Positions 1-11,006 of a stretch of 64,000 nucleotides of DNA are shown piece by piece. Source of the DNA: Candidatus Heimdallarchaeota archaeon (GTDB taxonomy: Archaea > Asgardarchaeota > Heimdallarchaeia > Hodarchaeales > Hodarchaeaceae); NCBI GenBank assembly GCA_019057635.1, contig DXJL01000104.1:43512-107511 (forward strand). Direction: 5' to 3'. The position numbers and the translations under genes were made by a program. The notes beneath the pieces were generated by a model, which saw only the letters and a program-made list of their open reading frames with translations, was not told where the DNA came from and did no database searches. Numbering within the stretch: the first letter of the stretch is position 1; every line of letters begins with the position of its first letter.

Positions 1-55
1 CGACCCGTTTTAAAACGAATTTTCTACACCGCTGAGTTCAATTAGAATATCGGAT

Positions 56-292
56 TTGACAAATATGAATTATGATATTAAATTACCAGAAGAACTAGTT
101 AACTTCTTCGATTCTGTTTTTACAGTGTTCGATTTAGAATTTACCGACAAGGAAAATATGTTGAAGCACGTATTACTCGAGAGTCTCGAGCATAGATTAG
201 AACATATGGCTGAAAACCAAAGTTTTGAGCAACATAAGAAGTATCACAATTTAATTGGTAATGAAAAAGTTAAATGTGTTAGTTCTGAGTGA
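56..292 (+). CDS. Small hypothetical protein, possibly ribbon-helix-helix
   Basis: 78-aa ORF; YDIKLPEEL strand followed by two helical segments resembles RHH/CopG spacing. Confidence 0.4.
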   Translation: MTNMNYDIKLPEELVNFFDSVFTVFDLEFTDKENMLKHVLLESLEHRLEHMAENQSFEQHKKYHNLIGNEKVKCVSSE

Positions 293-352
293 TTTCACAT
301 TATCCAATTTATATTCTGAAACTCCTCAAGAGCGCATATCCTTGAGGATACT

Positions 353-538
353 TTATTCTTTTTCCCCGTATTCAATTTCCAGAGAAATTTTTTGAATATC
401 CATTCCTTTTATACGTAATGAACTTACCATTCCAAAAGTTGAGTATCCAATAAAGTCTTGAACAAACTGTTTGAGGCCAATAGACTTACCATTTACTTTG
501 AGCTTTAATTCATTAACTTCTTTCATTTTCAACACCAA
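353..538 (-). CDS. Small protein resembling the C-terminal domain of archaeal MobB (stand-alone)
   Basis: LKVNGKSIGLKQFVQDFIG...GMVSSL pattern. Confidence 0.6.
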   Translation of the reverse strand: MVLKMKEVNELKLKVNGKSIGLKQFVQDFIGYSTFGMVSSLRIKGMDIQKISLEIEYGEKE

Positions 539-607
539 GCCATATTTTAGAATCTTCAGGAGATAATTATTAAAATTCTATCCTAGAATTTAGGGGAGTG
601 TGATCCG

Positions 608-1357
608 GTGTCAGTTGTGAACTTAATTAATCTTGAGAATGTATCCAAATATTATACAATGGGAGAAGTCCAAGTTAATGCACTATCGGACCTTTCCTTA
701 GAGATTGATAGAGGGAAATTTGTCGTTCTGATAGGTCCCTCTGGTACTGGAAAAAGTACATTATTAAATATAATAAGTGCGATTGATACCCCATCTAAAG
801 GAAGAATTCTAATTGAAGGAGTTGATATCTCATTCCTGACCCGAAAACAACGTGCTCAATTTCGAAGACACAAGATTGGGTTTATATTTCAGTTTTTTAA
901 TCTTTTACCAACCTTAACTGCAGTAGAAAATGTTGAATTCGGTCTTGCATTAGTAGGTGTTACCAATTCATCTGGAAACATTTCCTACGATACAAGAGAC
1001 ATTCACTCGACAGCTTTGGGATGGCTTGAAAAGGTTGGATTAACTCACAGAGCCAATCACTTTCCCAGCCAAATGAGTGGGGGAGAACAACAAAGAGTTG
1101 CAATTGCGAGGGCATTAGCTAAAGATCCTCCTATTATAATAGCTGACGAACCAACAGGAAATTTAGATTTTCGTACAGGGATTAAAGTTCTTAAATTAAT
1201 GAAAGAATTAAACAAACAAACTCAGAAAACATTCATCATTGCTACTCACAACAGTCAACTTGCAAAAATTGCTGATTATGTAATTTCTCTTCAAATGGGA
1301 GGGGTAGAAACCTATGATCAAATACCCAAGGAAGATCTTGACAATCTCATATGGTAA
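608..1357 (+). CDS. ABC transporter ATP-binding protein (LolD/MacB family)
   Basis: Walker A GPSGTGKS, signature [15 protein letters not shown], Walker [12 protein letters not shown]. Confidence 0.95.
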   Translation: MSVVNLINLENVSKYYTMGEVQVNALSDLSLEIDRGKFVVLIGPSGTGKSTLLNIISAIDTPSKGRILIEGVDISFLTRKQRAQFRRHKIGFIFQFFNLLPTLTAVENVEFGLALVGVTNSSGNISYDTRDIHSTALGWLEKVGLTHRANHFPSQMSGGEQQRVAIARALAKDPPIIIADEPTGNLDFRTGIKVLKLMKELNKQTQKTFIIATHNSQLAKIADYVISLQMGGVETYDQIPKEDLDNLIW

Positions 1358-1360
1358 GAT

Positions 1361-4048
1361 ATGACAAAAAGGACGAAGAATATGAATTTTCTTTCTCAAT
1401 ATTGGCGTAAAAAACTGATTGGAGATATCAAACAGCAAAAGTTGTTGTTTTCAGCCTTATTTTTCCTTTGTATCTTTGGAGTAGGTTCCTATGTAACTCT
1501 CACCATGGGATATACGAATTTATATGCTTCTTTGGATAGAATATATGCAACTACTAATTTTGCTGATGTGGAAATAAATACACACTCTGATATATGGTTT
1601 AATATCTCAGAAGTTGAGTCATTCGTCAAAAATTTTTCTAAACAGAACCCTGAAGTCGGTACAATAAATTTTCGTCTATTAGCCGCATCAGGATATAATT
1701 CGTCAATTGAAACTAAAGACGGTACTCGTTTTCAGCTTACTGCTGGACGAGCTATTGGAATTGACTGGACTTTCTCTCAAACTGAGATGGTTAATGGATT
1801 TATTTTTACAGAAGGGATGGAAAATCCTAATCCAGTGAATAATTCGATCCTTTTAGAAGCTCATTATGCTCGTACTTACGATTTGCATGTCAATGATTCA
1901 CTCCAAACTAAGATAAACGGACAGGAATTTAATCTTACTATTCAAGGTATTGTTTATAATCCAGAATCACTAATTGTAATTCCTTCACGTCATGATTTTT
2001 TACCCAATAATCGATTTGGTAATATTTATCTACCTTTAAGAGCTTTACAAGAATATACTAATCTCACTGATCTAGCAAATAATATTATAATTAAATTAGC
2101 AGATGATTTACACGATGAAGCGCGTTCTTCAATAGTTTCTAACTTCTATAGAGAGCTTAATCTATACACCACCAATTCGTTTGCACCACCTATTTTTCAA
2201 GAATACCAGGTCTCGAATTGGGCAATTAATATGGATTTAGAGGAAATCAATAAAATTGCTATTGTCCTACCTATTCTAATTCTTGGTGTAGCAAGCATTG
2301 CCATTTTTATTACTTTAAATCGTCTAGTACAAAGTCAACGTCGAATAATCGGAATTGCTTCAAGTCTTGGTTATACACCCAATGACATTCTTCTCCATTA
2401 TACCTCTTTTTCCCTAATACTGGGGATTTTAGGGAGTCTCGTAGGAATAATTTTGGGAATTTTATTATCTGGAGGTATAACCTGGGTATATGCCTACTTC
2501 ATGGGTTTTCCAGCCATTATTTCGGTGGAATTACAACTAGAAGTAATCCTAAGTGCATTTTTCATCGGGGTATCAGTGACATTTATCAGTGGTCTAATCC
2601 CCGCTGTTAAAGCTAATTTAATTTCACCACGAGAGGCACTTCAGGGGAATATCACAGTCGGAAAGGGACGATTTTCATTCATTGAGAAGTTATTAAGGAT
2701 TCGATCATTTCGTATCCGCTTTACAATTCCTCTTCGTAATCTTTTTAGGCAAAGATCGCGCACTATTGCAACGATATTCGCGATTTCTGCCTCTGTGATG
2801 ATTTTAGTTGTATCAGGTGCATTTAACGATTCAATAAACACTGGAATCTCCAAACAATTTTCTGAAACATCACCGTATCACTTAACGGTTAGTTATGATG
2901 GTTTTAAATTTGCAGACCTTGGATTACTAGATGATATTGCTTTTATTGAACAACTACCAGGTGTTGAGTCAGTAGATCCAGTTTTAGAGCTTCCCTCTAT
3001 ACTTGAGACAAGTAGTCGAAAGGAAGAAGCTCTAATCATAGCATGGAACTCCTCATCTCCTCGAGCTCACAATTTTCAATGGACTTCGAAAGGAGATCAA
3101 TTATTACCCAACAGCAGTCTTATACTCACTTCTGGTCTAGCTAGGACTTTAGGTTCCTCTACAGGCAGTATTTTATCTTATGGATATCCAAGAATTCCTT
3201 ATTTGAATTCTGCTTTTGAAATTGCTAATGCAACATGGAATATATGGTTTACATTTGGTGAAGAGCGTGCTAGAAATGAGACTTTAGATGAAATATATTC
3301 ACTCATCACCCGAAACAAAGAACGCTTATCATTCTCCCAGACCTCGGAAGGTGTTAACCTTAGGAATGCAGATATCACGGTAACAGGAGTATCTGAAGAG
3401 ATATGGGGCAGTGTAGCTTATACCACTGTACAAACTCTTACAGAATCAATGGGTATTGATATTTTCAAAAATTCTCATCTTGACATTGACTTATCTCCTT
3501 ATTCCAAGTTAATTCTAAAGGTAAAAAATCCAAACAATCTTACTATTTTAGAAAATATAAAAACAGAGATCAGTTCTCTTAGTGAAATACGTTCTATTAC
3601 TTTTGGGTACGATTTCCGAACATCAGTCAACCTCACTATGACTGCTTTCAATGTAATTGTAACCATTTTCATTATTTTTGCCTGTATTTTAGCAGGAGCT
3701 GCAATTTTCACAACTATACACATAAACTTTCAAGAACGAGCACGTGAAAGTGCCACAATGTTAACACTTGGTTTATCGGATCAAGAATTCCTATTCATCA
3801 TTACAATTGAAAATGTCTTCCAAACAATAATGGGTATCCTCGGTGGAATTCTTCCTGGTCTTTTACTTGCAGATTGGATTCTTAGTAATGCTTTAAGAAC
3901 TTTTTACTTCAGGATCATAGTTACACCCCAAACCTGGATTATTTTATGGTTTGGTGTATTATTAATTGTCCTTATATCACAGATTCCTGCGATAATACAA
4001 GGAGTCAAGATGGATCTTGCAGAAGTCACAAAGGAATTTTCTCATTAA
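1361..4048 (+). CDS. FtsX/MacB-like ABC permease (duplicated)
   Basis: 895 aa with two repeats of TM + large extracytoplasmic domain + 3 TM; starts 3 nt after the ATPase stop. Confidence 0.9.
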   Translation: MTKRTKNMNFLSQYWRKKLIGDIKQQKLLFSALFFLCIFGVGSYVTLTMGYTNLYASLDRIYATTNFADVEINTHSDIWFNISEVESFVKNFSKQNPEVGTINFRLLAASGYNSSIETKDGTRFQLTAGRAIGIDWTFSQTEMVNGFIFTEGMENPNPVNNSILLEAHYARTYDLHVNDSLQTKINGQEFNLTIQGIVYNPESLIVIPSRHDFLPNNRFGNIYLPLRALQEYTNLTDLANNIIIKLADDLHDEARSSIVSNFYRELNLYTTNSFAPPIFQEYQVSNWAINMDLEEINKIAIVLPILILGVASIAIFITLNRLVQSQRRIIGIASSLGYTPNDILLHYTSFSLILGILGSLVGIILGILLSGGITWVYAYFMGFPAIISVELQLEVILSAFFIGVSVTFISGLIPAVKANLISPREALQGNITVGKGRFSFIEKLLRIRSFRIRFTIPLRNLFRQRSRTIATIFAISASVMILVVSGAFNDSINTGISKQFSETSPYHLTVSYDGFKFADLGLLDDIAFIEQLPGVESVDPVLELPSILETSSRKEEALIIAWNSSSPRAHNFQWTSKGDQLLPNSSLILTSGLARTLGSSTGSILSYGYPRIPYLNSAFEIANATWNIWFTFGEERARNETLDEIYSLITRNKERLSFSQTSEGVNLRNADITVTGVSEEIWGSVAYTTVQTLTESMGIDIFKNSHLDIDLSPYSKLILKVKNPNNLTILENIKTEISSLSEIRSITFGYDFRTSVNLTMTAFNVIVTIFIIFACILAGAAIFTTIHINFQERARESATMLTLGLSDQEFLFIITIENVFQTIMGILGGILPGLLLADWILSNALRTFYFRIIVTPQTWIILWFGVLLIVLISQIPAIIQGVKMDLAEVTKEFSH

Positions 4049-4106
4049 TTTTATCATATACGATTGTCTACAAAATAAGATTTGTGGGTCATGTGTCTAT
4101 AGTGGA

Positions 4107-5510
4107 TCAATCAGAGGTGGGTATGTTGGCAACAACTCGTCCATCATGTTTTAAGTCGATTAGATCACGCTGATGTAACGGCTTAAGCTGGTTTTCTAAA
4201 ACGATTGGATCCATACCAACACTTTTGGCTAAGGCATCTAAGCTCATTTCCCCATTCATTCTAATAAGGATTGTAATCGGTGCATAGTTAGAAAGGGATA
4301 GAACTTGTTCAATATAATCATTAATATTTCTAACTCTGTTCAAAGTTTGAGTTGTGATCTTTGTTAGCTTTATTTCTGATTCACGATCCCTAGCTTCTTC
4401 TAATTCTGCGTTTACTTTATCTATTTCTATTTTATAATCTGTTAAATTTTTGGATATATTGTCATTTAGCTCTACGAGCTCCGTTATCTGTACATCCATT
4501 TGTGTTGCGTTATTTTCAAGTGAAGCATTTCTTGCAGATAATTCTGTAATTTGAGTATGCAATTCTTTCGAGATATCAGCTTTCTTTGTTTGAGCTTCTA
4601 CCAGTTTAGCTTGTAGTTCTTCTATTTCCGCCTGGAATTGTTTGGTGTTATCTCTTAAGCGCGTTTTAGCTGATTCTTCATATTCTTGTTTAACTTTAGT
4701 TAATGAGATCTGGAACTGCTCGTTTTTAAATTTGTATTTTTCTTGTTGCTCTTGTATTAGCTTCTGATATTCTTCCTGTTGTTCAGAATATGCACTGGCC
4801 CAAGTTTCCATTGCTTCCGATGCTTGAGAATCCGTAAGAGAGTTTAATCGGGAAATTTCAGCAGTTTTGTCAATTAATTCCATCTGTAAGGAGGCATTTT
4901 TCTCTTCTAGCGTAACGAAATTTTCACCTTTATTATCTAACTTACTTGTTTTTTCACTCAATTCGTTTACAGTTTCTTCCAGTTGAAATGATAAATCTTC
5001 ATTTTTGGTTTTCTCTTCGATTATAAGATTCTGCATTTCTTTTTGATAACTGTCGAATTTTGACTCAATTTCAGCATACTCTTTCTCTTTCATCTTTAAT
5101 TGTTCTTGCAAGGATTCATTTATATGATTCAATCGGGACAGATCATTAGTTTGATTTTTTAGCCTTTCTCGGTCGTATTTGGTAAATTTTTCGTTTGCAC
5201 CTGTGTCATCGAACGTAACATCTTGGATTAACATATTTTTTATCCAATTAAATGAAGACATTGTAATACGTGTTAATTGGCTCTCGATAGACCTATTAAC
5301 ATCATCATCAAGTGATTTCAACAATGAATCAACATATACTCGATCTTCATGTCGTGTGATGATATTCGACCGATTCAGTAGGTCATTTTTGAATCCACTG
5401 AATGACACTCCCAATGTTTGAATTGCTATCTTTCTATCCTTCGCTAAATCCTTAATAAATTCTAACCCATATTTTCGTAATTTGGATTCATTCGATTCAT
5501 CCATGGTCAT
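4107..5510 (-). CDS. Long coiled-coil protein with C-terminal winged-helix-like domain
   Basis: E/K/Q/L heptad-rich body; C-terminus MSLDALAKSVGMDPIVLENQLKPLHQRDLIDLKHDGRV fits HTH + wing. Confidence 0.8.
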   Translation of the reverse strand: MTMDESNESKLRKYGLEFIKDLAKDRKIAIQTLGVSFSGFKNDLLNRSNIITRHEDRVYVDSLLKSLDDDVNRSIESQLTRITMSSFNWIKNMLIQDVTFDDTGANEKFTKYDRERLKNQTNDLSRLNHINESLQEQLKMKEKEYAEIESKFDSYQKEMQNLIIEEKTKNEDLSFQLEETVNELSEKTSKLDNKGENFVTLEEKNASLQMELIDKTAEISRLNSLTDSQASEAMETWASAYSEQQEEYQKLIQEQQEKYKFKNEQFQISLTKVKQEYEESAKTRLRDNTKQFQAEIEELQAKLVEAQTKKADISKELHTQITELSARNASLENNATQMDVQITELVELNDNISKNLTDYKIEIDKVNAELEEARDRESEIKLTKITTQTLNRVRNINDYIEQVLSLSNYAPITILIRMNGEMSLDALAKSVGMDPIVLENQLKPLHQRDLIDLKHDGRVVANIPTSD

Positions 5511-5564
5511 TTTTGTCCGACAAAGTGATTTTCTTCATATTCGCTGACCTCTCTCTCTCACAAC

Positions 5565-5574
5565 CTTAAAAGGT
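5565..5574 (-). promoter_or_regulatory. Candidate archaeal BRE/TATA promoter (ACCTTTTAAG) for the coiled-coil gene
   Basis: The same 10-mer lies upstream of the MTase gene (43116-43125); about 55 nt upstream of ATG 5510. Confidence 0.45.
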
Positions 5575-5931
5575 CTCCCTCCCTCACATCTTCAACCTTG
5601 AGGTGATGAAAAAAATACTTCCTTAGCTCCAAGGTCATAATCTCTTGTAACTTCGTTAGACGAGTTACCCGTCAAAGGCAAGAGAGCATTGCCCCAAATA
5701 TGTTGAAAATTATTGATGTTGTGGATGTCAAAACTAGATGTGTTTCAAGTAGTCCCAACGGAAAGCATACATTCTCTTGTTGCTAACCTGCCGGATAGTA
5801 GATGTGTGACTCATCCAGTCCATAACTATTTTTCTAAATAGTTGTCTGACAAATTTAGTCATGAGACTTTTATGTAGAAACTGCAGCAAAAATATTCGCT
5901 AACAGATTGGTGATCCTGCAAATATTTTTAA

Positions 5932-6978
5932 TTATCCTTTCCACACATTGCTAGTATTGCGAGGAACGGGAATATCTTTCATTGTATAGAGTCCTTCACT
6001 GGAATTACATGCCTGTGGAATTAAATTTACGACCATAGCTGCTGTACCAAGATCACCATGTACGCCTCCAATTATTTTTTGATTGATATTAGGCGTTCCT
6101 TGTATATTAACACTATCATATTCCTCATGATCCCCAGCGAAGGCAATAAAATCCATTGAGATGAAAATTTCTCCTTTATCCAAATTTATTTGAGTAGCGT
6201 TACTTTTCAAGCCACAAACATCCCCTTTTTGAATTAATTTACCATAGGAAGTCATGAAATCCTGTGTAGCAAGTATGGGTTCAGGGAGTGATTCTACAAT
6301 CCTTCCGTAAGATAAACCTAATGCTCCGATAATCATCTGAATTGATTCTTTTAATCCTACATGACCAGTTATTTCTTTCTTCTTAATTTTATCTTGAAAC
6401 TCACTCGGTGACAAACCCGTACCAATCTTTCTTTGAAAGGGTTCTCTTCTTTTAGATGAGTTCATCATTCGTGTAATAGATATCTTTTCTACTTCTTGAC
6501 AGGGAGCTGTTAACACTATTGGTAATAGATCCATCAAATATCCTGGATTAATACCCGTTCCAATAATAGTACACCCCTTTTCCTTTGCCAATTTGTCTAA
6601 CTCCTGTGACAATTCTGGGTGGTTAATATATGGATAAGAAAGCTCTTCACAGATAGATATGACATTTATCCCCTCTAAGACTATCTCTTTGATAGTAGAT
6701 GCAGCACTTATTAAGGAGGAGGTCGTAGCAACGATAACAACGTCAACTTGGGTACTAGCCAATATTGGTTTGAAGCTCTTTTGGATTTTAATTTGAGGAG
6801 CTGATGAATTTTCCAAAACATCACTTAATAATTGACCCTCAAGCTGAGGATCAATATCTACAACCCCTAGAAGATTGATATTTTCACGAGAAATTAGCAA
6901 ACTGGTAATAAGTTTACCCATTGGACCTAAACCGATTTGTACAATATTAAAACCTTTAGCCATTCTAATTCGAACCAC
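5932..6978 (-). CDS. 2,4-diaminopentanoate dehydrogenase-like / DapB-like NAD(P) oxidoreductase
   Basis: Rossmann GLGPMG, CEELSYP, GTGINPGYLMD and GDLGTAA motifs. Confidence 0.8.
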   Translation of the reverse strand: MVRIRMAKGFNIVQIGLGPMGKLITSLLISRENINLLGVVDIDPQLEGQLLSDVLENSSAPQIKIQKSFKPILASTQVDVVIVATTSSLISAASTIKEIVLEGINVISICEELSYPYINHPELSQELDKLAKEKGCTIIGTGINPGYLMDLLPIVLTAPCQEVEKISITRMMNSSKRREPFQRKIGTGLSPSEFQDKIKKKEITGHVGLKESIQMIIGALGLSYGRIVESLPEPILATQDFMTSYGKLIQKGDVCGLKSNATQINLDKGEIFISMDFIAFAGDHEEYDSVNIQGTPNINQKIIGGVHGDLGTAAMVVNLIPQACNSSEGLYTMKDIPVPRNTSNVWKG

Positions 6979-6980
6979 TT

Positions 6981-7940
6981 TTATTTGCTTAAATTAAAGA
7001 ATTTTTCTGCATTCTTCCAGTAAAAATGTTCCAAGATCTTATCTGAAAGATTCAAGCCATTAATGTATGTCGGGGAATTTGGATTATCTTCATCAGGAAA
7101 AGGAAGTTCAATTTTTTGGTGGTTACTTTCCCAGAATAACCTCTGGGCCCAATAACGAGTAGCTAGATACTTTTCGTCGCGGTCTTCCCATCCAACAGAT
7201 AGATCTGTTGCAAAAAGTATCCTTTTGTAATGTTGTTCAAAGAATTCTTTTGTACGTTCGATATTATTCCCTAGTTCCCTAATCATCCATTTAGTTGAGG
7301 CCGTGTCAATGTAGAGGTTTGGAAAATCATGTAAATCCTGAGTAACTTGTTTTAAATTCTCTGGGAGACTATGAAAATGAACACTAATTAATTTCAAAGA
7401 CAAATGATTTCTCATTACTTCTCGAAACTCGCTCAATGCCTGCTCTTTTGATCTATATCGCTCCACGTCTTGATATTTTGTGGCATACCAGATGTCTGGA
7501 TCAGCAACATGAATATCCATTGGAATGTGGTAATTTTCAATTAATGTAAAAGCTGGATCGAAAATTGGGAGATTAAGAGAAAATGGTTTATCTGCTTCAA
7601 AAAAATCAAGGAATCTAGGACCAAACCAAACCTTAACCATCGAGTAATTTTCCAAGTGCGCTTCTTCAATAGCAGTGAGTATTCTCTCTGGTTCATGTTT
7701 GGCAAATGCATCAATCGGGAGATAATAAGCAAACTTGATCAGATCGTCGTGTCCATCCTCTTCTAAAGTTTTTTTTACATCAGGCGCAGCGATTCCCATG
7801 AAACGATGCACACCATATTTCCTACCAATCTTTAATAATGGTTCAAAGGCATCAGCGCTCCATATGTGAACATGCGAATCCCATATCTTCGTATTAAGCT
7901 TTGATAGTCCGTTTAGTGGATTAGAAAGATCAAACTGCAT
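6981..7940 (-). CDS. Amidohydrolase_2 family metal-dependent hydrolase
   Basis: DSHVH metal motif, IHVADP, VHFH, LYIDT, ILFATD. Confidence 0.8.
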   Translation of the reverse strand: MQFDLSNPLNGLSKLNTKIWDSHVHIWSADAFEPLLKIGRKYGVHRFMGIAAPDVKKTLEEDGHDDLIKFAYYLPIDAFAKHEPERILTAIEEAHLENYSMVKVWFGPRFLDFFEADKPFSLNLPIFDPAFTLIENYHIPMDIHVADPDIWYATKYQDVERYRSKEQALSEFREVMRNHLSLKLISVHFHSLPENLKQVTQDLHDFPNLYIDTASTKWMIRELGNNIERTKEFFEQHYKRILFATDLSVGWEDRDEKYLATRYWAQRLFWESNHQKIELPFPDEDNPNSPTYINGLNLSDKILEHFYWKNAEKFFNLSK

Positions 7941-8154
7941 GTTTTTGCCATTTTCTCATCAATGCAATAAACTTGATGTTTTTTGAAAAGGTAAAATTGA
8001 GTTGAAGTTTTAGTAACAAAACAGATCTCAGAAAGGATTAATAAAACTAAAAGACACCAACCTTTAAGATCACACAAAAAATTACTCTATGTGGAAGATA
8101 ATAAACGACTATCATGAAAAACAGTTTTTCCTTACCAGGATATTATCAAACTAG

Positions 8155-8889
8155 TTGATGGAATCGAATCATATGTCTAACTTAACTCCTGTATCACTTA
8201 AAGCTATACTTTTTGATTTCGATGGCACTTTGGTCGACACAAAATCATTTTATTTCGGACTAATTGCTGATTATCTTGGTACAGACCATATCAAAACAAT
8301 TTCCTTAGCGGGTGAGATTATCGAGGCTAAATTAGTACCTGAAGATGCTAATGTAAGATGGAAAATTATAAAGGCTTCCTACCAAGTTTCCCGAAAAATG
8401 GGATTTGGTATTATTCGATCCCTGAAGGCAATTTGGTATCTTTCACAAAATCATTCTAAGCATTTCTCCTCTGCGAAACCAACAGAGGGGACAATTCAAG
8501 GGATAATTAAACTAAAGAAACTAGGAGTTCAAATTGGGATTATCAGTTATACTTCTCGTAAAAAAATCTTATCTTTCTTATCTAAGTACTTTCAAGACAG
8601 TAGCATAATACCAGAAAGAAATATTCTGGCTAAGGGAGAATTTGGAAAATCGAAGGAAGCGGGAATTGAAAAATTCATTAGATCATTTGACCTTGTAGAA
8701 CATAAATATTTGTGCGCAATTGTTGGTGATCTAGGAGGAGATATTCTTGCAGGCAATAATCTTGGTATCACAACAATTGGATTAACAACGGGTTATGCCC
8801 CCTCAAAAATACTAAAATTAACTAAACCCTCTAAGATATTTAATTCGGTAATCGAATTAGCCGAAGCCGTCGAAATCCCTTCTAACTAG
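8155..8889 (+). CDS. HAD-superfamily phosphatase
   Basis: Motif I FDFDGTLVDT, motif IV VGDLGGDI. Confidence 0.85.
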   Translation: MMESNHMSNLTPVSLKAILFDFDGTLVDTKSFYFGLIADYLGTDHIKTISLAGEIIEAKLVPEDANVRWKIIKASYQVSRKMGFGIIRSLKAIWYLSQNHSKHFSSAKPTEGTIQGIIKLKKLGVQIGIISYTSRKKILSFLSKYFQDSSIIPERNILAKGEFGKSKEAGIEKFIRSFDLVEHKYLCAIVGDLGGDILAGNNLGITTIGLTTGYAPSKILKLTKPSKIFNSVIELAEAVEIPSN

Positions 8890-10396
8890 GATCTACCCAT
8901 GCTTTGGCCTTTGTTACCGCCTTATTCCAATAGTGAAGGTGTTTTTTACGTTCATCCTCACTCATACTCGGCTTAAAAATCCTATCAACAGCCCATGTTT
9001 CCTTTAGCTCCCTTAAATCCTGCCAGTATCCTACAGCTAACCCCGCTGCGTATGCGGCTCCTAAAGCTGTGGTTTCCTCAATTCTTGGTCGAATGCACTC
9101 AATCCCCAAAATATCCGCTTGAAATTGCATCAACAAGCTATTCTTTGATGCCCCTCCATCTACTCTTAAATTAGATAACTTAACTTTACTATCTACTTCC
9201 ATGGCATCGAAAACATCTACAGATTGAAATGCGATAGATTCCAATACAGCACGGGTGATATGTGCTTTGTTACTTCCTCTAGTTAGCCCCACGACTGTTC
9301 CACGCGCAGTTATATCCCAATGGGGGGAAAATAGTCCAACAAATGCAGGGACAAAATACACTCCTCCATTGTCTTCAACCGAAGATGCTAATTCCTCAGA
9401 TTCCTTGGCCGTTGAAAAAAAACCTAATTGATCCCTTAACCACTGTACAGCTGCTCCACTTATCGCAATGCTTCCTTCCAACGCATAAGTGATTTCGTTA
9501 CCAACTCCATAGCCAACCGTTGTAATTAATCCTGATTTCGATTGAACAATATTTTTTCCAGTATTCATAAGAAGGAAGTTACCAGTTCCGTATGTGTTCT
9601 TTGCATTTCCACTTTCAAAACAAGTTTGTCCAAACAAGGCTGCTTGTTGATCTCCTAAGTCACCACATATAGGGGGACCTTTTCCTTCGGCTTTCCATAC
9701 GTATCCATAAATATTTGAATCGCTAGAAGGACGAATATCAGGTAACATAGATCGAGGAACTTTTAAAATTTCTAATAGCTCATCATCCCATTTTAGTGTT
9801 TTTAAATTCATCAACATTGTACGAGACGCATTTGAAAAATCTGTGACATGAACTCCACCTTTAATCCCTCCAGTTAAATTCCATAGAATCCATGTATCAA
9901 TATTCCCAAAAAGAAGCTGTTGATTTGTAACTTTTGAGCGTGATTTACTTACATTATCTAAGATCCATTGAATTTTGGGACCTGAAAAGTAAGTTGCTGT
10001 AACTAAACCAGTTCGAGCTTTGATCTCATCTTCTAATCCTTCCCTCTTTAACGATTCACAGATGTCATTAGTACGAGTACACTGCCAGACGATGGCATTA
10101 CAAATCGGGATTCCAGAATTTTTATTCCAAACAACTGTCGTTTCTCGCTGATTTGTTATACCAATAGCTTTTAAATCATCAATAGATAACTTAGCAGATT
10201 GCAGGGCTTTATGTATGGCGAAATCCGTATTTTTCCATATTTCCAGAGGATCATGCTCTACCCACCCAGGTTTAGGAAAGATTTGTTGATGTTCTTTGTA
10301 GTGCGAACTAACCAAATTACTTTCGTGATCAAAAATCATGAATCTTGTGCCTGTGGTACCCTGATCAATAGCACCTATGTACTTTTCTGTGACCAA
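8882..10396 (-). CDS. glpK: Glycerol kinase
   Basis: DQGTTGTR, GITNQRET, YFSGPK, DQQAALFGQ, TYGTG and VDGG motifs. Confidence 0.97.
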   Translation of the reverse strand: MVTEKYIGAIDQGTTGTRFMIFDHESNLVSSHYKEHQQIFPKPGWVEHDPLEIWKNTDFAIHKALQSAKLSIDDLKAIGITNQRETTVVWNKNSGIPICNAIVWQCTRTNDICESLKREGLEDEIKARTGLVTATYFSGPKIQWILDNVSKSRSKVTNQQLLFGNIDTWILWNLTGGIKGGVHVTDFSNASRTMLMNLKTLKWDDELLEILKVPRSMLPDIRPSSDSNIYGYVWKAEGKGPPICGDLGDQQAALFGQTCFESGNAKNTYGTGNFLLMNTGKNIVQSKSGLITTVGYGVGNEITYALEGSIAISGAAVQWLRDQLGFFSTAKESEELASSVEDNGGVYFVPAFVGLFSPHWDITARGTVVGLTRGSNKAHITRAVLESIAFQSVDVFDAMEVDSKVKLSNLRVDGGASKNSLLMQFQADILGIECIRPRIEETTALGAAYAAGLAVGYWQDLRELKETWAVDRIFKPSMSEDERKKHLHYWNKAVTKAKAWVDPS

Positions 10397-10475
10397 AGGG
10401 AATGAACTCCATAACTAGGATTTTAGACGATTAAACTCTTATTAAACAATTTTGTAAATGTCAATACTGGTGAGT

Positions 10476-11006
10476 CTACTTCCCCTGAGAAGTCTTATCT
10501 ATTTTTCTTTTCACTTGGTTCAAGAGAGACTGGTTCTTACCAAAACTACATCGAAGCACTTCGTAATCAAATTTTAAACTAAATTCAGATAGAAAATCAT
10601 CAAAAATCGATTCACGAAGAACTATTATATTCCCCTGAGGTCGAGTAAGGGCTGTTTCAAGTACAGGAAAGTACCCTTTTCCATCCATCTCCAAAATGCC
10701 AATTTCATCGATGAAAAGGTATGCACAATCCTGTCCACTAGAAATATGTTGTAGCGCAAGTTGCATGTTCTTTTCACTAATTCGAAATTTCCCAATAGAA
10801 ACTGAGGATTCGTGATTTTTAGCCTCAAATGAAATTTTCTCTTCGCTTTGAATTAAATAAAAACATCTCACTGTGTTCAGGATGGTGATAACCCCTCCAG
10901 CAGAGAGTTCATGGTTTTGAATATGATTTAAAATTTCTAGACATAAGGTAGATTTCCCAGACTTGCTCGGCCCTGTAATGAGAAATGAAGGGTTCTTACT
11001 TACCAT
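10476..11006 (-). CDS. THEP1/NTPase_1 family nucleoside triphosphatase
   Basis: ITGPSKSGKST, SIGKFRI, FIDEIGILE. Confidence 0.85.
   Translation of the reverse strand: MVSKNPSFLITGPSKSGKSTLCLEILNHIQNHELSAGGVITILNTVRCFYLIQSEEKISFEAKNHESSVSIGKFRISEKNMQLALQHISSGQDCAYLFIDEIGILEMDGKGYFPVLETALTRPQGNIIVLRESIFDDFLSEFSLKFDYEVLRCSFGKNQSLLNQVKRKIDKTSQGK

Noticed and set aside
5548-5585. CT-rich tract upstream of the coiled-coil gene as an ORB or structured RNA
   Set aside because: Only weak stems and no ORB core; a promoter with purine-rich flanks explains it.
5851-5864. 14-mer AAATTTAGTCATGA repeated at 25652-25665, upstream of both coiled-coil loci
   Set aside because: AT-rich, in opposite orientation and at very different distances relative to the genes; compatible with chance.
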